A DNA stretch of 64,000 nt from Hemiscyllium ocellatum (lineage: Eukaryota), in assembly GCF_020745735.1 (NCBI RefSeq), contig NC_083403.1, forward strand, positions 64,885,003-64,949,002. Reading direction: 5' to 3'. The first letter of the stretch is position 1. Each line of letters starts with the position of its first letter. The notes below the pieces were generated by a model, which worked only from the letters and a program-made list of their open reading frames with translations, was not told the origin of the DNA and did no database searches. A program made the translations under genes and the position numbers. Below are positions 1 through 10,432 of this stretch, piece by piece.

Positions 1-1179
1 GGTTTTACTATCCTGGGGCATAATTTAACTTGATTGGTTAAATTTGAATTGTTGTCAAAACAGCAACCAACTCAGGTATCTATTTCATAAATGTTACATA
101 TTTTCAATTTTGCAGAACACTCTGGGACTGCTAGTTAGTCAAATGGCAGGTGCTTGTAAGATCTCAGTGCAAAACACATTTACTCTCTCTTAAAGGTATA
201 GTACATACCTTCAACTTCATAACAAGTCTAAGTGGAAGAGTGGGGTCAGGATAAGGACCAAAACAGGAGGCATTTTAACCTTTGGCAATAGCACATGGGT
301 AACGGCAGTTCTCTGAGCCACATTGAAGATTTAAACCTGCAATACAGTTTATTAAAGAAGGGATTACCCTTACTGCTGGCATGGACAGCCATAATTTGAT
401 TAGCATATGTCAAAAACATTTTCTTGTTCGTATACAGGGCTATACATGGTTAATGAATAGAGTGAAAGTGGAAAGTTAAATGGCTCCCAAAAGGGAATGA
501 GCAGAACTTTGTTCTATTTTCCTGTATTTATTGAGCTTTGTTGATTTACTATAGACCCCATCCTGTTTCCACACTGCAGGGATTCTATGATTCCATGATT
601 AGGGACATTTCCTTATTGGACAGACAAACATACTAGGGTTGCATATAGATAGAACCTATACCACTGAACGAATTCTTAGCAGGGTGACAGGAATTTGTAG
701 AAATCAGCAAAAATAATTTCAATTTCAATTTCTTTGAGGTTTGGTATTTAGATTGCAACATGCAAAGCTCAACAGTCAACTGAGGTCATCAATTCTAAAT
801 CTCCAGGGTCCAAAACAATTTGGGGAATGTTCCACTAGATCGGAAGATGACAAATGTAACTCCTTTATACAAAAAAAAGGGAGACAGAAAGCAGAAAATG
901 ACAGACCAGATACATTAACATCTATCTTGTTAGAAGTTATTATTAAAACGCATTATCGTAGGACATTTAGAAAAATTGAAAGCAACCAGGTAGAGTCAAC
1001 ATGTTCAACTGAGGCATTCAAAAGGGAAATGGATGATTATTTGGATAAAAATAATGTACAAGGCTATGGGGAACAAAGCAGGATACTGGCACTCAGTGGT
1101 GATGCTCATGGAATAAGCCAGTGGAAGCACAATGGGCTGAATGGCTTCTTTCTGAGCAATAACAATTCTGTGATTATAG

Positions 1180-2488
1180 AATCGTAGAGTCATAGAGATG
1201 TACAGCATGGAAACAGACCCTTCGGTCCAACCTGTCCATGCCAACCAGATATCCCAACCCAATCTAGTCCCACCTGCCCGCACCCGGCCCATATCCCTCC
1301 AAACCCTTCCTATTCATATACCCATCCAAATGCCTTTCAAATGTTGCAATTGTGCCAGCCTCCACCACATCCCCGGGCAGCTCATTCCATACACATACCA
1401 TTGTCCGTGTGAAAGAATTGCCCCTTAGGTCTCTTTTGTATCTTTCCCCTCTCACCCTAAACCTCCACCCTCTGGTTCTGGACTCCCCCACCCCAGGGAA
1501 AAGACTTTGTCTATTTATCCTATCAAAGCCCTCATGATATAGTAAACCTCTATAAGGTCACCCCTCAACCTCCGACGCTCCAGGGAAAACAGCCCCAGCC
1601 TGTTCAGCCTCTCCCTATAGCTCAACTCCTCCAACCCTGGCAACATCCTTGTCAATCTTTTCTGAACCCTTTCAAGTTTCACAACAACTTTCCGATAGGA
1701 GATCAGAATTGCACGCAATATTCCAATCGTGGCCTAACCAATGTGCTGTACAGCCGCGACATGACCTTCCAAATACTCAATACTCTGACCAATAAAAGAA
1801 AGCATACCAAATGCCTTCTTCACTATCCTATCTACCTGTGACTCCACTTTCAAGGAACCCTGCTCTCCAAGGTTTCTTTGTTCAGCAACACTCCTTAGGA
1901 CCTTACCATTAAGTGTATAAGTCCTGCTAAGATTTGTAGCACCTTGCATTTATCTGAATTAAACTCCATTTGCCACTTCTCAGTCCATTGGCCCATCTGG
2001 TCGAGATCCTGTTGTAATCTGAGGTAACCTTCTTTGCTGTCCACTGCAACTCCAATTTTGGTGTCATCTACAAACTTACTAACTGTACCTGCTATGCTCA
2101 CATCTAAATCATTTATGTAAATGACAAAATGTAGAGGACCCAGCACCAATCCTTGTGGCAGTCCACTGGTCACAACCATCCACCACCACCCTCTGTCTTC
2201 CACCTTCGAGCCAGTTCTGTATCCAAATGGCTAGTTCTCCCTTTATTCCATGAGATCCAACCTTGCTGACCAGTCTCCCATGGGGAACCTTGTCGAATGC
2301 CTTACTGAAGTCCATATAGGTCACATCCACCACTCTGCCCTCATCAATCCTCTTTGTTACTTCTTCAAAAAACTCAATCAAGTTTGTGAGACATCTTTTC
2401 CCACGCACAAAGCCATGTTGACTATCCCAAATCAGTCCTTGTCTTTCCAAATGCATGTACTCCTGTCCTTCAGGATTCCCTCCAACAA
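1180..2488 (-). mobile_element. 5'-truncated young CR1 LINE (RT 3' half)
   Basis: Peptides SQHGFVRG..DFSKAFDKVPH, GLPQG.VLGP, KFVDDTK, RRLRGDLIEVY; same family as the 58901 copy. Confidence 0.9.
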
Positions 2489-2489
2489 C

Positions 2490-3790
2490 AAGAGAGAAGG
2501 CAGATATGCATCTTTTTCTGGATGGCAAGATGTAACAACTGATGTGGTACAGCATCAGTGCTGGGACCTCAGCATTTTACAATTTATGTATATATTATGA
2601 ATGAAGGTATGGTTGCTAAATACGATGATCCACAAAGACAGGTAGAAAGCAAGTTGTCAAAAGGACATCAAGTGGCTACAAAGGGATATAGTTAGGTTAG
2701 ATAAGTGGGAAAAACAAGGGAAATGCAGTATAATATAGGGAAATTATCCATTTTGGCAGGAAGCATTAACAATGAAGCATTAACAATTAAACGGTGAGAG
2801 ATTAGATTCCCTACAATACAGAAACAGGTCCTTTGGCTCCACAAGTCTACACTGCCCCTCCACAGAGTAACCCACCCAGCCCCAGTTCCCTACATTTATC
2901 CCTGACTAATGCACCAAACACTATGGGCAATTCACCTGATCTGCACATCTTTTGGATTGTGAGAGAAAACCAGAGCAAACCCATGCAGATACAGGGAGAA
3001 TGTGCAAACTCCATTCAGATAGTTGCCCAAGGTCGGAGCTAAACCTCGGTCTCTGGTGCTTTGAGGTAACAGTGCTAACTGAGCCACCATACTGCCCCAG
3101 AGATTGCAAAGCTCTGTGAGGCTGAAGAAACTGAATGTCCTACTGCATAAATCATGAAAGTGCATCACGAAAAAATCATGCAACTTCAGATATTAATTAT
3201 GAAAGCTCATGTAATGTTGACATTTATTGGAAGTAGAACTGAATACAAAAGTAATGAGGTAATATTTCAGTCATACAGGGCACTGTAGAGAACATAACTG
3301 GAGTACTGTGTAGGAAACGTATCTCCATATTTGTGGGACGATATAAATGGGCTCGAAACAGTTCAGTTATTGACTAATACATGGAATAGGTGGGTTGTGT
3401 TCTGAGAAAGGTTGAACAGGCTAGTCTTGTAACTGCTGGAGTTTAGAATAGCAAGTGGTGACTTCATTGAAACAGCTAGGATCCTGAGAAGTCTTGACAA
3501 TGCGGATGAGGTGAAGATGTTTCCTGTTATGGGAGAACCTTGGACTCGGGACTACTGTTTAAAAATCACAGGTTGCCCATTTCGGAATGAGTTGAATTGT
3601 CCTTTTCTTTTAAAAATGATAATGTTTTTGAAACTCTCTCAAAAGCAGTAGAATCATAATATTTGAAGATTCTTAAGCAAGGGTTAGATAGATTCTTGGA
3701 AAGAAAGGGGGCAAAAGATTACAGGATTGGAGTGGGAATGTGAAGCTGAAGTTAGACCAGGCTTGAAGAGTCAAATTGCCCACCCCCATT
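2490..3790 (+). mobile_element. Older CR1 RT fragment interrupted by a SINE
   Basis: Degenerate CR1 RT/3' sequence; related CR1 pieces at ~845-1170. Confidence 0.6.
2799..3098 (-). mobile_element. HE1/V-SINE-type SINE (older)
   Basis: Reverse complement of SINE head, core and tail. Confidence 0.8.
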
Positions 3791-4136
3791 TCAATTTGTA
3801 TGCTTCTGTCATAAAACATAACAGCACCATCTGCTGGTACAAAGCTGATATTTCTTTTTGTTCTGATGTTCCCCTGTTTACTTGAACATCTTTCTACCTT
3901 TTTCTAGTTTAGCCCTTTCTTTTGTTCTTTTACGGATCTAGTTAGATTTTTATGTTCTTATTTTTTATTTGTAATGAATTACTGACGCCTTACTTATTGG
4001 GTGTTTGATTTTAAAATGTCTCCCTTGATCTTTTAGTTCCAAGTAAAAAGTGAGGTCTGCAGATGCTGGAGATCAGAGCTGAAAATGTGTTGCTGATTAA
4101 AGCACAGCAGGTTAGGCAGCATCCAAGGAACAGGAA

Positions 4137-4172
4137 ATTCGACGTTTCGGGCCAGAGCCCATCATCAGGAAT
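4137..4172 (-). ncRNA. Minimal hammerhead ribozyme motif (mirror copy in left arm)
   Basis: Exact reverse complement of 4810-4845. Confidence 0.8.
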
Positions 4173-4809
4173 GAGGAGAATGTGCCAGGCAGGCGAAGAT
4201 AAAAGGTAGGGAGGAGGGACTTGGGGGAGGGACGATGGAGATGTGATAGGTGGAAGGAGGTCAAGGTGAGGGTGATAGGTTGGAGTGGGGTGGGGGCGGA
4301 GAGGTCAGAAAGAAGATTGCAGGTTAGGAGGGCGGTGCTGAGTTGAGGGAACCGACTGAGACAAGGTGGGGGGAAGGGAAATGAGGAAACTGGAGAAATC
4401 GGAGTTCATTCCTTCTGGTTGGAGGGTTCCCAGGCGGAAGATGAGGCGCTCCTCCTCCAGCCGTCATGTTGTTAGCAGTTTTCAGCGGGTCTACGGGCTG
4501 TCCATTCTAACAACACGACGGCTGGAGGAGGAGCGCCTCATCTTCCGCCTGGGAACCCTCCAACCAGAAGGAATGAACTCCGATTTCTCCAGTTTCCTCA
4601 TTTCCCTTCCCCCCACCTTGTCTCAGTCGGTTCCCTCAACTCAGCACCGCCCTCCTAACCTGCAATCTTCTTTCTGACCTCTCCGCCCCCACCCCACTCC
4701 AACCTCTCACCCTCACCTTGACCTCCTTCCACCTATCACATCTCCATCGTCCCTCCCCCAAGTCCCTCCTCCCTACCTTTTATCTTAGCCTGCCTGGCAC
4801 ATTCTCCTC

Positions 4810-4845
4810 ATTCCTGATGATGGGCTCTGGCCCGAAACGTCGAAT
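4810..4845 (+). ncRNA. Minimal type I hammerhead ribozyme motif (intact core)
   Basis: AUUC-CUGAUGA-U-GGGC(UCUG)GCCC-GAAA-CGUC^GAAU: stem I AUUC/GAAU, 4-bp stem II, palindromic ACGU stem III, predicted cleavage after C4841. Confidence 0.8.
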
Positions 4846-5329
4846 TTCCTGTTCCTTGGATGCTGCCTAACCTGCTGTGCTTTAATCAGCAACACATTTT
4901 CAGCTCTTTTAGTTCCAAGCCATTTAAAAGCCCTGAAAGAACAAACAAAATAGATTAAGGAATCTTGTCTAGTATGACCATGGTCCCCAATGCCCCCTAC
5001 CCCACATGTCCTGTTTTCCCAACCCCTATTACTTTTTTTCCAATGGATTTTGTCTTGCATTCATACATATGGAAGTAAAACTAAATATTCCAGGTTTGTG
5101 CAATTCAATCTATTTGTAATCTGGTTTCTACTTGCTGTGTTGTGGAGGAGAGAGTTCACGTGAGAATTGTTTTCTACATTCACAAGGCAAGTTGAGAAGT
5201 GAGCTATTTCTTAGATCAGCCATCAAGTTCAACTGTTTCTTCAATAATTCCAGTTAATGCTTTAACTGTTACTTAGACAAATGTTTGTAACATTCATTAA
5301 TATTTGCTTCAAAAGGAAAAGTTTTACTA

Positions 5330-6125
5330 TGTACCCTGTCAATGCCCTTTATAATTTTGTCTATCTTAATAAGTCCCCCTAAGCTTCTCTGCTCTAAGAC
5401 AAATAACCCCAATCTATTTGGTCCCTCTCATAGCTGAAATGCACCAGCACAGGCAATATCCTGGTGAATCACTTCTCCAATGTATTTAAATCCCTCTTGT
5501 TACAGTGACCAGAACTGCACATATTACTCAAGTTGTGTCCAAATTAACATCTTCCACAGTTCCATTATAACCTCTTTGATCTTATATTCAATGCCTGAAC
5601 TAACAAAGGAAAGTATCTTTTATGCCTTCTTAACCACCCTATCTATCTGTTCTGCTGGCTTTAAGGACTTTTGGACATGCGCACAAAGGTTCCACTGATC
5701 TTTTGTAACTCCAGGGATCCTACCATTCATTGTACATTCCCTTGCCTTGCTGGCCCTCACAAAATGCATCTCCTCACACTTTTCAGGATTAAATTCCAAA
5801 GTTCTGTCCACCTGACTAGTCTTTCTATGTTGTCCTGTAGGTTATGGCTTATTATTTTATTTAGTGAGGAAATTTATTTGTCTTTTAGGAATTTACTGAT
5901 CAAACCTCCTACATTCATGTCTAAGTCATTAATGTTCACTACAAATAGCGAGGAATATAACATTTAATCAGTGATAAGTCATCGTACACAGGCTTAAATA
6001 ATCTTTGAAAATCACCTTCTGCTTCCTGCCACCAAGCAGTTGGATCTAATTTGCCCTATTACTGTGGTTTCCATGGATTTTCACCTTCTTTAGCAATCTC
6101 ACCATGTGAGGCATTGTCAAAAGCC
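5330..6125 (-). mobile_element. Degraded CR1 fragment
   Basis: Peptide LEFNPEKCEEMHF..QIDRVVKKA. Confidence 0.65.
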
Positions 6126-7002
6126 TAGAAATAGAATCTAGCAACACTGAAGAAAAGGAAATATATTTCCAAGTCAAGATGGTGAGTAGCTTCAAGGGGA
6201 ACTTGCATGTGATCGTGTCCTTATGCTGCTTGATAGTAACAGTCTTGGTGTCTACTCAGGTTTGGTGTATTTCTGCAGTGCATCTCTTCCATGGTGCGTA
6301 CTAGTGTGATTTTGCTCACCATAAAATTCTGATCCTTGTCTTATCAAATGTACCCTGTCAACCATCCAAAATGATGTCTCTTTCCCAAATCCATTTTGGA
6401 TATTTATACCTCAAACGTTAGTAGGTTTTGGAGGTTGTCCAATAGGCCATTATATTGCCATATATTCACTGTATAAATGTAAAATGCTTGACTAGATGGC
6501 TAACCTTGGAGTGAAGTAAAGTTTATGGTAAAGGATCAGGCCATTCAGACCAATTTCTTTATGACAATTCCTTCTTCTTTACATAATCCTCCTCACTCTT
6601 CACTTCATCCATCAGCCCAGTCAGCAGAATCTTCGATTTCTTTCTCTCTTAGATGTTTAACCAACCTTTTTTCACCTTATTCACTCATGGGTTGCAAGCA
6701 CTGGAAATAGCCCTCAATTTGCCCCCAGTGAAATACTGTTAAAGTCGCTGTAGTCCTGAGTTTTGAAACAACTACAAATTATTAAAGTTCAACTGCACTG
6801 CTGAAGATTAGATTCACCTTTTGATCAGACCAGATAAGGAAGGCAGATTTCCTTTCAGATAGAAATCGAGTCATTGCCTATTTACCATTTCCAAGCTAGT
6901 TCTTTCTATTGAATTTAAATAATTATCTTAAATTCCCCAGCTGACATGATGGGATTTGAAATTTGGAGTATTAGTAAGGACGTCCAAATTCTATTTGGAG
7001 AC

Positions 7003-7580
7003 AGTAAGGAGTGCAGATGCTGGAAGCAAGAGTTAATACAGGGGAAGCTGAAAAAAACACAGCAGGTCAGACAGCATCCAAGGAGCAGGACAGTCAACAT
7101 TTTGTGCCAAAGCCATTTGTCAGAACTGTGGAGGGAGGGGAGGGGAGGCCAGAATTAAATAGAGGAAAGAGGATGGGGCTGGGGGAAGGATAGGACGGAT
7201 GAAGATAGGTGGAAGCAAGTAGGGGGCTATCGTGATCGGTCAGTGCGAAGGGTGGAGCAGATAGGTGAGTGGGAAGATGGACAGATTCGGACAGGTCAGG
7301 GAAGTAAGGAGGGGCTAGGAGGATCTGGGCATGGCATAAGGCTAGGAGTAGAGGGAGTTTGAAGCTGCTGAAGTCAATATTGAGGCCGTTGGGTTGTAAG
7401 CTCCCTAAGTGAAACGTCAGGTGTTGTTTCATCAGTTTCCATTTGGCCTCACTCTGACAGTGGAGGAGACCAAGGATGGACATGTTGCCAGGGGAGTGGG
7501 AGGGGTAATTAAAATGGATGACAACTGGAAGGTCGGGTTGATTTGTGCTGCAGAACACAGATGCTCCACGAAGCGTTCCC
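7003..7580 (-). mobile_element. PLE 3' fragment (GIY-YIG C-terminus + terminal repeat)
   Basis: ORF 7094..7591 contains PVVIHFNYPSHS..SILGL..QHLTFHLGSLQPNGLNIDF; terminus resembles the 4044 element; hammerhead degenerate. Confidence 0.7.
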
Positions 7581-7632
7581 TGAGTCAGCATTTAGAGGAG
7601 ATCCTTGGATGCTGTCTGACCTCCAACTTAGG

Positions 7633-7802
7633 AGAAAGTGAGGACTGCAGATGCTGGAGATCAGAGTCAAGAGTGTGGTTCTGGAAAAGCACAGCAGGTC
7701 AGGCAGCATCCGAGGAGCAGGAGAATTGACCTTTCAGGCAAGAGCCCTTCATCAGGATGTTGCCTGATCAGCTGTGATTTTCTAGCACCACACACTCAAC
7801 TC
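7633..7802 (-). mobile_element. Short partly palindromic PLE terminus with degenerate hammerhead (7724-7758)
   Basis: gtgaggactgcagatgctggagatcagag terminus; reverse complement reads ctgatgaagggctcttgcctgaaaggtc. Confidence 0.7.
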
Positions 7803-8072
7803 AGACCTTCAAATTATGTTGGTTAACCACTATGTTAGCATAGACCTGAAAAGTATCCTTGCTAGTGATGCCCCTATTTTATGAAAGAATGTAAATATCT
7901 TCAAAATCTCCCCAAAGGAGCAAGTTCCACATTCTAACCATTCGTCTTGAATTCCCAATGCATTTACCACTGTGAAAGCTTAATTAAGAAGGTTCAAGAA
8001 AATAAAGTGACAAAACATGGAACACTTTTTTATGGTGCTAAACTGTAACTGATGCCTATTTCTTTTTTACAG

Positions 8073-9883
8073 GTATCAGAGGTCCACCAGGTTTACCAGG
8101 ACCAAGAGGTCCACCTGGTGCAAAAGGTGCTACAAAAATAGGCCCTCCGGGCATGTGTGGACCACCCGGACAACCAGGAATAGCAGGACTATCTTATGCA
8201 GGACAACCAGGAATACCAGGAACACCAGGAATAACGGGTGAAAGAGGAATTTGCGGGTCAACCGGTGATATAGGACCTCAAGGAGAAGCAGGACCCCATG
8301 GATCCCCCGGACCTATTGGTCCTCCTGGAAGTAGAACAATAGCCATGGATGGTGAGGCAGGTCCACAGGGCCTTCCAGGATCTCCAGGACCACATGGTGA
8401 ACGAGGAATCATTGGAGAACCAGGAGATCCAGGTCAGTGTGGAGAAAAAGGTGACGTTGAATTTGGCCCCCTTGGCCTTACAGGTCCAAAAGGTTATCCA
8501 GGGCCACAAGGTGAGCCAGGAACCCTTGGAGAAGTAATTGCAGGTCTACCAGGAATTCCCGGTATTCATGGTATTTCAGGAGAGAAAGGTGAAAATGGAG
8601 AACATGGTAGACCTGGAGTTACTGGCCTGTCTGGTGAAAGAGGTGCAGAGGGGCCACCTGGTATATCAATTGCAATGCCAGGAGCAGACGGCAAACCAGG
8701 GCTTGTGGGGCTTCCTGGGAGCATTGGGTCTCCGGGTCCAGAAGGTGTGCCAGGTATTCCTGGAAACCCAGCTATTGGAAAACCAGGTTTACCAGGCCTT
8801 AAAGGTGAACCTGGCCCCAGAGGTATGGATGGCCTTGCTGGCGAGAAGGGAGTTCGAGGAATAGATGGAGAAACTGGTATTGCAGGATCCACAGGGTTAT
8901 CTGGGTCAATTGGACCAGCAGGTCTGCCTGGTACTCCAGGTGAAGACGGGAATCCAGGACCACCAGGCGAACCTGGCTACATAGGCCAGCCAGGAATTCC
9001 TGGATTACAAGGTGATGAAGGACTAACAGGTGCTCCAGGAAAGTCAGGAATTCTAGGAGAAGAAGGTATCCCAGGATTACAAGGAAATGAAGGGCCACCT
9101 GGCCCACAAGGAGATAGAGGACCCGCAGGTAGAACTGGTGAAATGGGTGTACAAGGCATTCCTGGTCTCCAAGGGCCACTGGGGATTCAAGGTAATTATG
9201 GAGAAAGGGGACCTGCTGGCAATATAGGTGAACAAGGTCCAAATGGGACTCGTGGTCCTCCAGGACAGAAAGGCATGAGAGGAGATCCAGGAAGACGAGG
9301 TCCACCAGGCCGTTCCCGCCCTTTCACCTCTGGGACCCTTTTGAGAGAAGATATGGAAACGTCCAGTGATGCAGAGCTGCGGGGACCTCCAGGCATCCCT
9401 GGTCCACCAGGCCCACCAGGTTCACTTGGACCCCCAGGCCCAGCAGGAGAAACTGTAATCCAATCAATGCCAAATCCTGATCAAGGTTTTAAAGCCATTC
9501 TCTCTACACCATATCCTACAACAGGAATGCCAATAGTTTTTGACCAAATACTGTACAATCAAGCCAATGTCTACGATCCAAAAACAGGAGTTTTTACATG
9601 TCAGGTACCAGGCATCTACTATTTCTCCTATCACCTCCATGTCAAAGGCAAAAGTGTTCAGGTTGCATTGTATAAAAATGGTGAACCGATTCTATACACA
9701 TTTGATGACTACAATGAAAAGAAGATTGATCAAGCCTCAGGCAGTGCTGTGTTACAGCTACAGGAAATAGATAAAATATACTTACAGTTGCCCTTCGAAC
9801 AGTTTAATGGATTATATTCCTCTGATAAAATGCAATCATCCTTCTCAGGATTTCTGGTTCACCAAACAAATTCATTGTCATAG
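8073..9883 (+). CDS. col10a1: Collagen alpha-1(X)-like chain, large terminal coding exon (triple helix + C1q/NC1 domain); signal-peptide/NC2 exon not identified in window
   Basis: Acceptor tatttcttttttacAG (AG 8071-8072), phase 1. Frame reads [16 protein letters not shown]... into ORF 8153..9883, so the ORF's ATG is internal. About 460 aa of Gly-X-Y with short imperfections. C-terminal [69 protein letters not shown] fits collagen X NC1 better than collagen VIII (from memory). Same strand as the adjacent FRK, as at the mammalian COL10A1-FRK locus. Paralog identity uncertain. Confidence 0.85.
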
Positions 9884-9959
9884 GGAGAACCTCAGCTGAT
9901 GATAAAATATATTTCACTGTAAATCATTTTGAAAAGTAACAACAGATTTTTGATCATGG

Positions 9960-10014
9960 AATAAAATTTACTTTAAAAGTAAGCAGGAATAGACATTATC
10001 AATAAATCATTAAA
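9960..10014 (+). promoter_or_regulatory. Candidate polyadenylation signals of the collagen gene
   Basis: AATAAA at 9960-9965 and 10001-10006, ATTAAA at 10009-10014, 75-130 nt after the TAG stop. Confidence 0.55.
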
Positions 10015-10138
10015 GTACCATTTAACAAGCAGCTTGTATATCTAATTATCTTATGCCTTCTCACTGGAGCTAACTAGTAAATGCATTGATTTTGAACAAT
10101 GTCTGTCTGCAGTCTGTACTCATTTACTTGCTATTTGT

Positions 10139-10432
10139 GGGCGGCATGGTGGCACAGTGGTTAGCACTGCTGTCTCACAGCGCCTGAGACCGGGTTCAAT
10201 TCCCGACTCAGGTGACTGACTGTGTGGAGTTTGCACGTTCTCCCCGTGTCTGTGTGGGTTTCCTCCGGGTGCTCCGGTTTCCTCCCACAGTCCAAAGATG
10301 TGTGGGTCAGGTGAATTGGCCATGCTAAATTGCCCGTAGTGTTAGGTAAGGGGTAAATGTAGGAGTATGGGTGGGTTGGTGTGGACTTGTTGGGCCGAAG
10401 GGCCTGTTTCCACACTGTAAGTAATCTAATCT
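10139..10432 (+). mobile_element. tRNA-derived HE1/V-SINE-type SINE (young)
   Basis: A/B-box-like head (tggcacagtggttag; gggttcaattcc), V-SINE core gtgtggagtttgcacgttctccccgtgtctg..., (taatc)n tail. Confidence 0.9.

Larger units (their letters stand above)
4044..4904. mobile_element. Fold-back (palindromic) Penelope-like element fragment, Neptune-type 3' end
   Basis: Inverted arms 4075-4475 and 4507-4907. 15-bp direct repeat tcttttagttccaag at 4029-4043 and 4905-4919. Arms encode the GIY-YIG C-terminal motif RRLEEERLIFRLGTLQPEGMN and carry a hammerhead core. Confidence 0.85.

Noticed and set aside
1-8072. Search for the collagen signal-peptide/NC2 exon
   Set aside because: No convincing hydrophobic-leader exon with a phase-1 donor seen; probably upstream of the window
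8258-9770. Several overlapping and antisense ORFs (e.g. 8566..8892 -, 8799..9305 -)
   Set aside because: Shadows of the Gly-Pro codon periodicity of the collagen exon
10139-10215. tRNA-like sequence
   Set aside because: It is the tRNA-derived SINE head, not a tRNA gene
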